Below, in pieces: positions 43,006 to 54,428 of a DNA stretch of 64,000 nt. Positions within the stretch are counted from its first letter, which is position 1. Each line of letters starts with the position of its first letter. The position numbers were made by a program, and so were the translations under genes. Under the pieces are notes generated by a model. It did not search any database. It had not been told where the DNA came from and saw nothing but the letters and a program-made list of their open reading frames with translations. The DNA is from Prasinococcaceae sp. CCMP 1430 (taxonomy: Eukaryota; Plantae; Prasinodermophyta): assembly GCA_013416795.1 (NCBI GenBank), contig RQSC01000024.1, positions 129,827 through 193,826 on the forward strand, read 5' to 3'.

Positions 43006-43815
43006 CGTCAGTGTTGCTCGCGCCTCGGTGGCGCCTCGGCAAGGAGATGTGATGGCCCCGATCGCGTCTACACATCACAAAATAATGGCATTGCGCGTCT
43101 CGCACACGCCACACTGATAGGCGACACGCTGCCGCACGTGCCTCGGTATAGTGGTGACGTGCGATGATTCTGTCGAAGAGCTCTCCGCCTTTGCAAACCT
43201 CCATCACCAGCGCAAACTCGACGTTGTCCTCGTAATCCCCCTTGAGCTCAACGATCCCCTTCTCACCCTTGAGGTGCTTCTGCACCTTGACCTCCTCGCG
43301 AACCTATCACACGACAAATCGTTCGAGCGCATCAATGGCGGTGGCCGCGCGATGTCCGCGATGGAGCAAAATGGCAGAATCAGTACGGGCAGCGCGTAAA
43401 GGTTATCTTGTCGACGCCCGTTGCTGTCATTGACAGCACGCATGTATCGACGCGGCTTTGCACATGTGCGCCACGCGCGCGCGCACGCGAGCGCGTGTGG
43501 AGGACGCGAGGACAGAGGCTGGCTAAGGGGTGGCAGGGACACAGGCACCGCCCGCCTTGCGCGCACCTGTTCGACGTCATGCGCGTTCCGCAGCTTGCGC
43601 TTGTCGACCTTCTTGATGGCCACGTCCTCGCCGGTGGCCCTGCTTTTGGCCGCGTACGTCACGCCGAAGGCGCCCTCCCCGAGCTTGCTGCCCTGCACGT
43701 AGTCATCCTTCACCGAGGGTCCACCGCCGCCCGCCGCGGCGCCGCCCTTCTTCCCGCTGCTAGCCGCGCGCGCGGCGCCCCCACCACCCGAGTCCGCGGA
43801 GAAGCACGTGCCCAT
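41641..43815 (-). CDS. CDPK: Calcium-dependent protein kinase; 4 exons
   Basis: MGTCFS acylation motif, KLGEGAFG, VAIK, GGELFDRI, HRDLKPEN, DFG, APE, junction FSKMNKLKK and EF-hands DIDNSGSIDYEEW, DSNGDGHITPDE, DTDNSGSIDYDEF. Confidence 0.93.
42926..43141 (-). other. Predicted GC-AG intron in CDPK
   Basis: Donor GAG/GCACGT and acceptor TTCCAG/GCG; splicing gives HHYTE-ADAAMLSRAML, matching the CDPK subdomain. Confidence 0.75.
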
Positions 43816-44464
43816 GGCGTCGGCGGGCGCTTTGGCGTTTGACTCGCGGGCACCACCGGCGTCCGCGTCGTTGCCGCGCACCGCCGCGTGCGCCGTGTGC
43901 CGTGGGCGCACCCGCGCGACAACAGCAGCGGCGGCGATGCGCCCCTGCGCCAAAAAAATCCGACCGACAACGATTCGCGCTCGGATTTGCGCCCGCGGAT
44001 AGGATCGCATACAAACAAAGGATCGACACGCGAAAATGATTCAAAATGAGAATGCCGGTGGAAGAAGGGTCCGAAATTCAAACTCAATCTGGATATCAAT
44101 AGTCACACTCTACGACTGTATCAATGTCAATGCGACGGCGGGGAGGGCGTGCACGTGCAGACGCTGCGTGGCGCGGCCGCGCAAGCCGTGGGCTGCGGTC
44201 TGACGCGGGTGTTGAGGGTCTCGGAGCTCCGCTTGCCGTCGGACCACGCACCCGCGCGCCGTCACGGGTCCGAATGGGCGCGAGGAGGGCGGAGCGAGCC
44301 CGCGAGCGGGCGCGGCGGAGGCGCGCTCGCCGAAGACCACGGCATGGTGTGTGGGTCGGCGATGTGACGCGCATGTCGCATGGTCGAGCGACATCGGCTC
44401 GACGAACACAACAAATGCGCCCCGTCAAATAATTACGAGCTCGCGGCTCGCGGCTCGTGCATGG

Positions 44465-46501
44465 CTATGCGCCTCCTCGCGCCTCGCGCTGTTTCTTGAG
44501 GTTCTTCTTGAATTTCTTGCGCAGCATGCGCTTGCGGCTGAACGCGCCCTCGATGGGTAGGCCCTGATCGATGAGCTGCCTGAGCGCACCCGTGATGAGG
44601 TCGTCAGCCTCGCCATGCAGGCTGACCACCTTGCCATCGGCTCCCGCGCGGCCCGTGCGCCCGGCGCGGTGCAAGAAGTCTTCGGCAGTGCTTGCCATCT
44701 CCGCTTGCACCACCATGCCCACGCGCCCAAAGTCCACCCCGCGTGCCACTGAGCTGGTGCAAACCAGCACTGGCAGCTCGCCTTCGACCGTCGTGAGCGG
44801 CTCCTCAGCGCTCGCTCCGTCCAGCTCCTCATCAGTGCGGCTCGTGCGCGCGAGGTATGCATCGAGGAGTTGCGCGCGGCGAGCGGCGGGGACGTCTTTG
44901 TGGTACGCGGCGGCGGCCACGCCGCGCGCGTTCAGGGCCGCAGCGGCGCCCTCTGCCGAGCGCACCGTCTTGCAAAACACCAGAACGTGCTCGCCCGATT
45001 CCACGCCCTGCGTCACGTACTTCATAAGCTCAGCCATGCGCGTGTCATCACTGACGCGCACCCACTCGAAATCCACGCCTGGGAGTTGCCTATGCGCGTA
45101 CTGCCCCGTGAGCCACACCGTGTTTGGAAAAGCCTTCATGAGAATGCCCCCGGGCGCCTTGTCGGACATCGCTGGCATGGTGGCGGCCGCGAACACGTGC
45201 TGCCGCGAGATGGCACCGCGCACCAGATGATGACGCCACTGGCGGCGCGAGAGCGATTCGAGGTCGCGCGCGCGAAGTTGAACACTGCCTCCGCTCCGGC
45301 CCTCGCTCGCACCCCCGCCCTCGCCCATGTCCTCGCTGCCGCGCAGCGCGATTTCCGCGAGGAATTCCTCGCGCGCAACATCCTCGCTGTCGCCACCCGC
45401 ACGCGCCGTCACTGCAGCCACTTCCTCCGCACCCTCAACCTCGCCGCCGTCGCCCGACGCGCCAGCCGCGGCCATCTCGCGCTCGTATCGAATGCGCCCC
45501 TCAGCCTCGACAGCCTCGCGGAGCGCGGGCTCGAAGGACTGTGCCCACAACACGCGCTGCGAGGCCTCACGAAGCGAAACGAAGAGGGCAGTGACATCGC
45601 GCAGGTAGCCACCAGAGAGCAGCGCGTCCGCCTCGTCGGCCACCACGCACTGCATCGAGTGCAGCGCGGAGTCCAGCGAGCGGTAGTCGGCGCAATCGCG
45701 CAGGTACGCGCGTGCAGCACCTGGGGTGCCCACCACAAACTACGGGGGCACCGCGGTTGGGTGAGCGCATTGGCGAGCATGCGATGGCGCGCGCGTGTGC
45801 GCGCGCGTGCGAGCACATGCGCGAGCGTGTCAGCGCAAGGCGCGCGCCCTCGCGCTCAAGCTCCCTCACCGCACGCTGCGTAACGCCTCATGCCACAGCT
45901 GCGCCGACGCACCTCTGGCAGCTCCTCCGGCGCTGCGAACGTGCCGCGCGCACACAGGTCGTGCGCGCGCGCGAGCGGCTCGCCATCCTCCCCACGCACA
46001 TTCCCCACCACCGCGCATGCCTGAGCGGAGAGCGCGGCGTTGGGCACGAGCACGAGCGTCCGGAGCTGGCCCACGCTGGCACCATTCGCGTCCGCGTCGA
46101 CGTCCGCGGCGGCGGCGCGGGCGGCCAGTATCGCATCCAGCGCAGGTGCGACGTACGCCAAGGTCTTGCCCGAACCAGTCTCCGCCACGAGCACTGCGTC
46201 GCCGCCAGAGCGAACGGGCTCGATCGCCAGCGCCTGTGTGACCGACGGCCGCTCGAAGCCCGCGCCGCGCAGCGCCGTGGCGAGCGCCGCGCTGCGCACG
46301 CCTGCGGCGGACCAGTCGCGCTCGCTCAGAAACGCGCCGCCCGAGACCGCGGGGTCGAGCGCGCTCGCATTGGCGACCACGCGCGCGACGCGCTCACCGT
46401 GCGTGCGGAGCTTGGGCGGTGCTGCCTGCCGCCGCAGGGCCCACATGCGTGGTGGCGCTCCGCCGCCGCGCGCGGGCGCGAACCGCTCCCCGCCACCGCC
46501 G
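44465..46501 (-). CDS. DEAD-box RNA helicase, plastid RH22-like; 5' end near an N gap
   Basis: AETGSGKT, VLVPNAAL, spliced FVVGTP, VVADEAD, AATM, ARGVDF, HRAGRTGRAG and C-terminal AFSRKRMLRKKFKK. Confidence 0.82.
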
Positions 46502-47248
46502 NNNNNNNNNNNNNNNNNNNNNNNNNNNNNNNNNNNNNNNNNNNNNNNNNNNNNNNNNNNNNNNNNNNNNNNNNNNNNNNNNNNNNNNNNNNNNNNNNNN
46601 NNNNNNNNNNNNNNNNNNNNNNNNNNNNNNNNNNNNNNNNNNNNNNNNNNNNNNNNNNNNNNNNNNNNNNNNNNNNNNNNNNNNNNNNNNNNNNNNNNNN
46701 NNNNNNNNNNNNNNNNNNNNNNNNNNNNNGGAGGCGGAGGCGGAGGCGGAGACAAGTCCGGTGGCGCGAGGTGGTGGTGCGGGCGGGCGCAGGGGCGACG
46801 GGGGGGGGAGGCAGGCCTGGCCGGCGAGCGCCACACGTCGCGCGGGGCGGCCCCTCCTCGCCTCCCCGGCTGCGGCGCGCGCGCGCGCCGCGCGCACGCG
46901 TGGGGGGCTGACATGTCGCGCCGCCGCGTACACTTTGCGGACGACCTCGAGGGCGAGGAGGAGGAGGACGACGCGTACGCGCTGCTCGACGACGGCGACG
47001 ACGGCGACGAGGGCGGCAGCGCCGAGGCAGGCGCGGGCGATGCGGACGACCAGGACGACGGTGCGCGAATGCGCGTGCGGGAACGGCGCGCGTAGAGCGC
47101 GCAGCAGCGCTCCTCGACCGTCCGTCACAACCCACCCACCTCCCGCCGCAGCCATGGGCGCGCGCGCGCCATCTCACCACAACGCCCCCCTGGACTGCAG
47201 CGCTGACATGCGCACCGTCGGACTCTCGGCGACCGCTGTCTGTTCGCG

Positions 47249-50197
47249 ATGACCGCGCCTCAAGATGATTACGAGTACGTCGAGGCCGACGATGGCGAGC
47301 TTGGCGGAGTGGGTAGCCACGGCGCGCAGCAGGAGAGCGACGACGACGACGACGACGATGACGACGATGACGATGATGAAGAGGAGGAGGAGGAGGAGGA
47401 GGAGGAGGAGGAGGAGGAGGAGGAGGAAGACGACGAAGAAATGCGCACGGCCAAGTACGAACTGCTCGCAGAACGCAAGCGCGCGGAGGCCGCCGCGGCC
47501 GCCGCGGAGGGTGCCGCGCTGGGCACCACGGGCGAGGGCGCAGCGCCGCACGGCAGTGGCTCCTGGCAACGCGCAGCATTCGGGCCGAGCGGCGAGGACA
47601 TCGCGGCGGACATCGCAGGCTCGCTCGGGCTCGACGTGGCTCCCAAGCGGGTCAAGAAGAGGGGCAAGAAGAAGCAGCAACACACCAAAATGTCTCGCGC
47701 ACTCGGCAGCGCCAACATCTTGTTCTCGCAGGGCAACCTCGAAGGAGCGAAGCGGCTGCTGCTGGGCGTGGTCAAGAACGCGCCCGACATCGTCGACTCC
47801 TACCAGACGCTCGCGCAGGTGTGCGAAGAGTTGGGCGAGTCCGAAAACGCCCTCAAGTTCCAGATGATCGCCGCGCACCTCGAACCACGCGATACCGACA
47901 TGTGGCGCAGTCTCGCGCAGCGCAGCATTGACGCTGGCGAAATGCGGCAGGCCATCTACTGCTTGTCCAAGGTGCTCCAGCAGGCCCCCACCGACGCTGC
48001 CTGCAGGCGGGTACGCGCGGACATCTACAGCGAGATTGGCGAGGGGCGCCGCGCGATTGAGTCCTACGAGGAGCTGCTGCGCAAGTCGCCCAACGATCCG
48101 CACGTGGTGCACGCGCTGGCGCGCTGCTACTACGGCGCGGAGCAGGGCGAGCGCGCCGCCGAGCTGCTGCAGGAGTTCCTCGCCGACTACCCCGACGAAG
48201 CCGACCTCACCACCATCAACATGCTGGCTGAGATTTACATCTCAATCAAGCAGCACACGGAGGCCGTTTCGCTCATCAATGACAGCGGGGAGGGATACGA
48301 CTACGGGCCGGGCCGTGGCCAGCCCATCCCGCTTGACCTGGCGGCCAAGCGCGGCATTGCGTTGGTGCGCCTCAAGCGCTTCGAGGAGGCGGAGCCCGAC
48401 ATGAAGCTCATCCTGGACGCCCCCGTCACAGACTACGCAGACGTGTACCTTGAGGCCGCGGCCGTTTACGAGGATTGCGGCAAGCACAAGAAAGCGGAGG
48501 TGTATTACTCGCAGCTGCTCGTGGCAGTGGATGCCAACGAGGAGATCAATGCCGACACCGCCGAGCTGTGGGCGCGAGCGTCGTACGTGAGGCGCAGGCT
48601 GGGCGATCAGAACGGCGCCAACGAGCTCCTCGAGAAGGCGCACGACGAAAGGCCCGATGACGAAGAGTTGCGCTTGCAGCTCGCCGAGGCCTACGCCGAC
48701 GAAGGCGACGCTGACGCTGCCCGCGCGCTTCTGGCGGACGATACCGCTCCTGCGCCGTGCATCAAGCCTGTGCTCGACCTGCTCGCGGCCGCCAAAGCGC
48801 GCGGTGCGGAGCTTGCCTCTCACGTGTTCGACGAGACGATGGTGTCCGACTACAAGACAGACAAGCTATTTCGTGAGGGTCGCGTGCGCGTAGATGTCCA
48901 TCTGGCCTTGCGACGTGCGGCGGTCTTCGTCAGGGCTGGTGCACACGACGATGCCAGCGAGCTGCTCGTGCCCATCGCGCGCCAGTCGCTGGAGCACATA
49001 AGCGCCTCGCGCCGCTGGCGCAAGCGCAAATCGGGCGAGGAGTACGATGACGTGGGCACAGATGAAGGCCAGCTCTTCTCCGCGCTTCCCACCCGCGAGA
49101 CCTTCGAGGGCAATGTTGATTTCGACGTGTACCTCATGTACGACGACGACAGGTGCCATCTGCGAAAGTACAAGGCGCATCCGCTCGTAGCCGACGTGAT
49201 CAATTTCAAGGGCGGCCAGCAGCTCATCGACGCGGCGTTGCGCTCTTTGGCCGCTGGCAGTGGGGACTCGGCACTGAAGGAGGCGGCTAAGCTGATCGAG
49301 CTAGCGTGCTCCGTGCAGCTCGAGCGCGGGCGCACTCGCGCGCCGGCTCTTCTCACCGTCGCGGAGGAGCTCCTCGCGCGCGCTGAGGATGTCAAAGACG
49401 AGGCATCGGCCAAAGCATTCAAGGATGCGGTGGAGGCCTTCGGCTCTGCGGAGGGGCGCGCCGCGCCAAGAAAGGTCACCACCCTCGGCCGCCCCTCAAG
49501 CGGCACATTGCCAAGGCTCACCGAGTGCGAGGACTCGCCAGGCAGCCGCGACGCGTGGGTGGCGCTCGCCGAGGACCTCCGCGAGCCGGCCGAGGGCGAT
49601 CCGCTCACACGCCCCGCGATGAAACCGCAGCTACTGCCAATACGCGACGTGCGCCTGCTCATCCACATAGCGAACGAAAACCCGCGCTGCGCCGAGGCGC
49701 GCATGCTGCTGGGCAACCACTTCTGTGCGAAGAACAGCCCTGGCCGAGCTGCCAGCTACTACCTGGCTGCGTACCGGCTGGCGCCCGAAGAGCCGCTCGC
49801 ATCGCTCTGCGCGGGCATCGCACTGATCAAGCTCACAGAGACTTTGTCTCAAAAGGAAGACACTGACACCCCGGGCTGCACACCGCGTGGGAGGCGCCTC
49901 CTGCAGGCGTTTGCGCTGCTGAACGTCTACCGCGAGACACTGGTGGCGAAGGGCGGCCAACGGTACGAGGCGGACTACAACATGGGACGCGCAGCTCATC
50001 AGGTGGGCGTGCTCGAGATTGCCAGGCGACGGTATTCGGCGGCCATCGAAGGCGCGGCTACTGAGCGAAGGCCTGAGCTCGTGGAGCTCGCCCGCGCGGT
50101 CTCTTCGGCCGCCGGGCACAACATGGCAGTGCTGCTGCGCGCGGGTGGGGCGCCGGGCCTTGCCGCGCGCGCGATCGAGCAGGCCTCGCGGCGGTGA
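47249..50197 (+). CDS. GTF3C3: RNA polymerase III transcription factor TFIIIC TPR subunit (Tfc4/GTF3C3-like); probable extra 5' exon 46913-47060
   Basis: Acidic N-terminus, ANILFSQG..A..L..VVK..P..YQTLA..EELG, MIAAHL.P..W..LA, AIYCLSK and C-terminal EADYNMGRA.HQVG. Confidence 0.8.
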   Translation: MTAPQDDYEYVEADDGELGGVGSHGAQQESDDDDDDDDDDDDDEEEEEEEEEEEEEEEEEDDEEMRTAKYELLAERKRAEAAAAAAEGAALGTTGEGAAPHGSGSWQRAAFGPSGEDIAADIAGSLGLDVAPKRVKKRGKKKQQHTKMSRALGSANILFSQGNLEGAKRLLLGVVKNAPDIVDSYQTLAQVCEELGESENALKFQMIAAHLEPRDTDMWRSLAQRSIDAGEMRQAIYCLSKVLQQAPTDAACRRVRADIYSEIGEGRRAIESYEELLRKSPNDPHVVHALARCYYGAEQGERAAELLQEFLADYPDEADLTTINMLAEIYISIKQHTEAVSLINDSGEGYDYGPGRGQPIPLDLAAKRGIALVRLKRFEEAEPDMKLILDAPVTDYADVYLEAAAVYEDCGKHKKAEVYYSQLLVAVDANEEINADTAELWARASYVRRRLGDQNGANELLEKAHDERPDDEELRLQLAEAYADEGDADAARALLADDTAPAPCIKPVLDLLAAAKARGAELASHVFDETMVSDYKTDKLFREGRVRVDVHLALRRAAVFVRAGAHDDASELLVPIARQSLEHISASRRWRKRKSGEEYDDVGTDEGQLFSALPTRETFEGNVDFDVYLMYDDDRCHLRKYKAHPLVADVINFKGGQQLIDAALRSLAAGSGDSALKEAAKLIELACSVQLERGRTRAPALLTVAEELLARAEDVKDEASAKAFKDAVEAFGSAEGRAAPRKVTTLGRPSSGTLPRLTECEDSPGSRDAWVALAEDLREPAEGDPLTRPAMKPQLLPIRDVRLLIHIANENPRCAEARMLLGNHFCAKNSPGRAASYYLAAYRLAPEEPLASLCAGIALIKLTETLSQKEDTDTPGCTPRGRRLLQAFALLNVYRETLVAKGGQRYEADYNMGRAAHQVGVLEIARRRYSAAIEGAATERRPELVELARAVSSAAGHNMAVLLRAGGAPGLAARAIEQASRR

Positions 50198-50294
50198 GCA
50201 AGAGGCGACTCGTGACCTCTGTAAATTATCATGACTGTACGAGCGGCCGGCACGTCGCGCTGGCGGGGGCACGGAGTCGCATGGCGCAGCCTGC

Positions 50295-50843
50295 TCACGG
50301 GATTTCGGTTGGCTTGCCCATCCCCGCCCACACGTTGAAGCCACCTTCAACGTTGGCGAGGTGTTCGTAACCGCCGTCGCGAGCGAGCAGCGCGATGGCC
50401 AGCTCGGAGCGCACACCCGCGGCGCAGCCCACCAGGATGCGCGCGCTCTTGTCGGGGAGCAGGGCTTCGACCTTTGAGACAAAGTCGTCGCTGAACTGCA
50501 TCCCCCCGTCTGGATGCATTGGCACGCACACCGAGCCAGGCACGACGCCTCTCGCGCACTCTGCGGCGGTGCGCACGTCGAGGTATGTGGCCTGCTCGGT
50601 CTCCAGGAACGCAGCCGCGGTGTCGACGTCGAGGCGGGTGATGCCGTCCCACGCGCCCCCGCTGCCGCCGTCCGCGGCGCACGCGTAGGCGGCGGCGCGT
50701 CCGGCGGCGCAGCGATGAAGCTGGTGCTCAGAGACCACAGGTTCCACCTCCTCGTGCGCTTTGGGCGAGGAGGGGCCGGGGGAGGGTGATGCGCCGCTGC
50801 GCCGCCCACCTGTGGCGCGCATGCCCGCGTGCCCGCAGCGCAT
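50295..50843 (-). CDS. Single-domain rhodanese/sulfurtransferase
   Basis: YLDVRT..E..G.VPGS, active loop LVGCAAGVRS and LANVEGGFNVW. Confidence 0.85.
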   Translation of the reverse strand: MRCGHAGMRATGGRRSGASPSPGPSSPKAHEEVEPVVSEHQLHRCAAGRAAAYACAADGGSGGAWDGITRLDVDTAAAFLETEQATYLDVRTAAECARGVVPGSVCVPMHPDGGMQFSDDFVSKVEALLPDKSARILVGCAAGVRSELAIALLARDGGYEHLANVEGGFNVWAGMGKPTEIP

Positions 50844-51081
50844 GGTGGCGTCAACCATCAAACTGCAAGGTGAATGCGCCGCGGCAAGGTAGGCTCCCGT
50901 GGGATAATTTAGACATATTGTCAATTATCAACCTAAACCCTGGCGGCAGCGTGCGCGCAAGCAGCAGCCGCTGCAGCGCCGGCGGCCACTGGGGACCAGC
51001 CTCTGCGGCGTGGCACCGCCGGACCCTGCCCGGCAGGGCCGTCCGCTGGGCGGCCTATCGCATTGGGCCGCGTGCTCCGCC

Positions 51082-52271
51082 CTACCAAGGGATCTCCTTG
51101 CCCGCGTAGTCGAACCATCTGCCTTGAATTTCATCGGAGGGCCTCTCGCAGATGGCGAGCAGACCCGCCGCGCTCTCGTCGGCGTCGATCAGCCCACGCC
51201 CCTGCGGCCATGGATGCGGGTGGCACCAGCACGTCAGCGAGCGGAGTGCGTTTTCGCGCGAGAAATTCTAAGCGCAGCGCAGGGAGGCAGTGCGGGGAGG
51301 CAGCGCACGAGAAAAGGGAGGGAGCGATCCACGAGCAAGCCAGCACAGCTCTGCTGTGCACACATCACTTGCCTCAGTCATTCGCGTCCTCACCCAGCCG
51401 GGGTGCAAGAGGGTTGTCACCACGTTGTCATCATTGTAGTCGATCGAAAGAGAGACACTGGCGATGTTCAACGCCGCCTTACTCGCGCGGTAGGCGTACC
51501 CCCTGCCACTGCCGTTGTCGTCGCAGGAGCCCACCTTTGAGGTCACGTTGCCCACCACCGAGCGTCGGCTGTCGCTGCCGAGCGCACCGCACGCGAGCAG
51601 CTGCTGAACGCACATGAGCGGCCCGGCCGTGTTGATGCGGAAGACGTGTTCTAGCTCCGCCTGGAGCGAGCCCGCGTCACCGTCGAAGTCCTCGAGCGTC
51701 CTGCGTGTATATTGTTTGTCAGCGCATCGCATGCGCCGCCATCGAGAGCCGGGGGAAGAGCTACGGGATGTGCGGCCGGGCGCGTCGAGGCTCTGCACCC
51801 ACGCAGCGCTGTGAGCAAAACGCACCACTTCGAATACCCGTCTGTCCCCGTGGTCCCCGCATTGTTCAGTAGGAGATCGACGTGGCCCCCGCAGATCTCA
51901 GTGGTGCGCGCCGCCCAAGCCTCAACGCTTGCGGGGTCGGTCACGTCGAGCTCGACCAGGTGGAGCTGGCTGCTCTCGCCTTGCTCAGCCAGCTGGGCAG
52001 CGAGCTCGCGCAATTCACCTGACGCCTCGGGGTCGCGCACGCCGGCGACGACGCACGCGCCGCCAGGGCGCGAAGTGAGCTGCCTGACGAACTCGAGGCC
52101 AATGCCGCGGTTGGCGCCGGTGACGGCCGCGGCGAACTTCTGCTCCTGCGCGGCGACGGTGGGGGCGCGCACGCGCGCAGCACACGGGCGCGCTGTGCGG
52201 CACCGGCTGGCGCCAGCAACTGCTGCTCCACCCCGCTCCGAGTGCCTTGAGCTCGCAGCCCTCACCGCCAT
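51082..52271 (-). CDS. Short-chain dehydrogenase, CsgA/C-factor-like; 3 exons
   Basis: VTGANRGIGLE, LLLNNAG, NTAGP, YAYRASKAALN, LHPGWVRT and last exon GRGLIDADESAAGLL..WFDYAGKEIPW. Confidence 0.88.
51202..51372 (-). other. Predicted GC-AG intron in the SDR gene
   Basis: Donor GAG/GCAAGT, CTGAC branch and CGCAG acceptor; restores the family C-terminus ending IPW. Confidence 0.85.
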
Positions 52272-52481
52272 GCCTCCTCCGCGCCCCCCGCCCCAGCAGC
52301 CGGGCTCGTGCCCGCTCGCGCCGCGTGCGTCGGCTCCTGTGTGCCACACGGATTTTATCCATTCGGCTCACTCTTCGTCCTCCCATGTGGAAGCCCGCAC
52401 CGGGCCAACGCCGCGGGGGCGCCACACCTCTCCGCATCACGCAACCGCCCAAGGCCTTCCTCTTCGCGCACCTCTACCTCC

Positions 52482-53666
52482 ATGGAGGGAGCGCCGGAGA
52501 CGATGCGCGCGGTGCTCGTGCGCGAGTGGGGCGCCGAGCTCGGTGCGCTCGCCGCAGAGGACGGCGTGCGCGTGCCCGCCACGGCCCCCGGCGAGGCGCT
52601 CGTGCGCGTGCTCGCGAGCGGCGTGAACCCCGTCGACACTTACATTAGGACGGGCACATACGCAGTCAAGCCGCAGCTGCCGTACACCCCTGGCAAGGAT
52701 GGCGCTGGCGTGGTTGTCTCTGTCAACGCCGAGGGAGCCAGCGTGCGCCCCGGCGACCGCGTGTACATATCCGGCGCAAGCACGGGCACGCTGGCGGAGT
52801 ACTGCGCATGCCCGCTCGCGTCGCTGGTGCAGCTGCCGTCGAGGCTCACGATGGAACAGGGCGCCACGCTCGGCGTGCCGCTCCAGACGGCGTACCGTGC
52901 ACTCTTTCGGCGGTGCGGGGTCAAAGCGGGCGACCGCGTCCTCGTGCATGGCGCGTCCGGCGGCGTTGGACTCGCCGCCACATCGCTCGCGCGCCGGGCA
53001 GGCTGTCGCGTGGCAGGCACGGCGTCGACGCCCGCTGGCGAGGCGCTCGCGCGCGCCGCTGGCTGCGAGGCCGTCGCGCCGCACAACGATCTAAAGGCCC
53101 TGCGCCTCGCGCTCACGGCCGACGGCGCAGGCGGCGAAGCGCCAGGCTTCGACGTCGCACTGGAGATGCTCGCCAACGCAACCCTCGGTGCGACGCTGCC
53201 ACACATGGCGAAGTCTGGCCGCGTCGGCATCATCGGTTCTAGGGGTGTCGCCGAGGGAGCGGCCGTAGTCAACCCGAGGGACATCATGGCCCGCGAGCTG
53301 GATGTACGAGGCGTGATGCTGGGATGCGCGACCGCGGAGGAGCGCGCTGAGGCCAACGCTGCGGCGGCGGCGGGCATCGCCGACGGCACGTTCACGCCGG
53401 CCGTAGGCTCTCTCTTCGAGGGCCTGGACGCGGCCGGGCTGGCACATGTCGAAGTAATCCACAAGGGCAGTGGGGCAGGAGGTACGTACAGTATGTGCAC
53501 TCGTGCCAGCGGTCTAACAAGACTGCTGACGCGCCAGATATTTCAGATCGATGTTTCTCGCGTATCCCCTTTGACATTGAGTTCCCCTCGAGCGTTCGCA
53601 CATCACCGTGCGTGGACGGCACTGACTGACAGGACTGGCCGCGCAATCTACCTCGGCGCGAGCTGA
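52482..53666 (+). CDS. NADPH:quinone oxidoreductase (zeta-crystallin/MDR family); intron near the 3' end
   Basis: SGVNPVDTYIRTG.Y, PYTPGKDGAG, GDRV, VLVHGASGGVG and GTACGT donor. Confidence 0.88.
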   Translation: MEGAPETMRAVLVREWGAELGALAAEDGVRVPATAPGEALVRVLASGVNPVDTYIRTGTYAVKPQLPYTPGKDGAGVVVSVNAEGASVRPGDRVYISGASTGTLAEYCACPLASLVQLPSRLTMEQGATLGVPLQTAYRALFRRCGVKAGDRVLVHGASGGVGLAATSLARRAGCRVAGTASTPAGEALARAAGCEAVAPHNDLKALRLALTADGAGGEAPGFDVALEMLANATLGATLPHMAKSGRVGIIGSRGVAEGAAVVNPRDIMARELDVRGVMLGCATAEERAEANAAAAAGIADGTFTPAVGSLFEGLDAAGLAHVEVIHKGSGAGGTYSMCTRASGLTRLLTRQIFQIDVSRVSPLTLSSPRAFAHHRAWTALTDRTGRAIYLGAS

Positions 53667-53822
53667 TAGGCAATGTGGTCGTGCGCGTCGCCCTCGAATA
53701 AGACTGCTCCTCTCTCGCTCACTCGCTCTCTGTCTCTAGCTCCAGTAGGAAGTGCTGCTATTGTGTGTAGTCTATTAGCTGTCCATGTGTCGAAAGAATG
53801 TGCACAGCGATGCGAGAGGCGC

Positions 53823-54428
53823 CTAGGCCAGCCGAACCACCATGCCATCGACAACAAGGCAGCTTGTATTGGAGCCCTCGGCAGCACCGGCCGCGCCGTC
53901 ATTCACCAAGGACGGGCTCACATGAATAAAACCCTCGTCAGCACAGTCCACCCGCTCAACAGCGACGGCCGCAGCGTCTTCGGCCGCAGCGCCCTTCGCC
54001 TGCCGCATGGCGCCCACACGTGCTGCATCCTGCGCTGCCACCGCCTGTCTCGGCGATTCGATGGCAGCCGATGCTTCTATGAGTTGCTCAGTGTGTGACG
54101 GCTGTGCCAGCTCGCGGGATGGCGACGAGAGCGGCGGCAGAGGCGCGGTCGGGGTAGGGCCCGGGGGCGCGGTTTGTTCAATCTGCGCGGCCTTCTCCGT
54201 CTGCGTGACCACCCAGTCCTGCCGGAACTCATCGGAGTGCGCACCTCCGGCGCTCTCTGCTCCGCCCAAAGCTCCGCCGAGCGATTCGATGAGCTCTGAC
54301 GATGCCTTCCGCGACTTGTCGAGCGCCTCGCGCAGGCGCTGCGCGCTCGCCTCGAGGGCAGAGATCGCGGAGGCGTCGTCTTCGACCGCGCCTGGCGCTA
54401 GCCCCTCTTCCCACTGCTGCACCGCCAT
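53823..54428 (-). CDS. Hypothetical protein with an N-terminal coiled coil
   Basis: SALEASAQRLREALDKSRKAS heptads; no family recognised. Confidence 0.4.
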   Translation of the reverse strand: MAVQQWEEGLAPGAVEDDASAISALEASAQRLREALDKSRKASSELIESLGGALGGAESAGGAHSDEFRQDWVVTQTEKAAQIEQTAPPGPTPTAPLPPLSSPSRELAQPSHTEQLIEASAAIESPRQAVAAQDAARVGAMRQAKGAAAEDAAAVAVERVDCADEGFIHVSPSLVNDGAAGAAEGSNTSCLVVDGMVVRLA

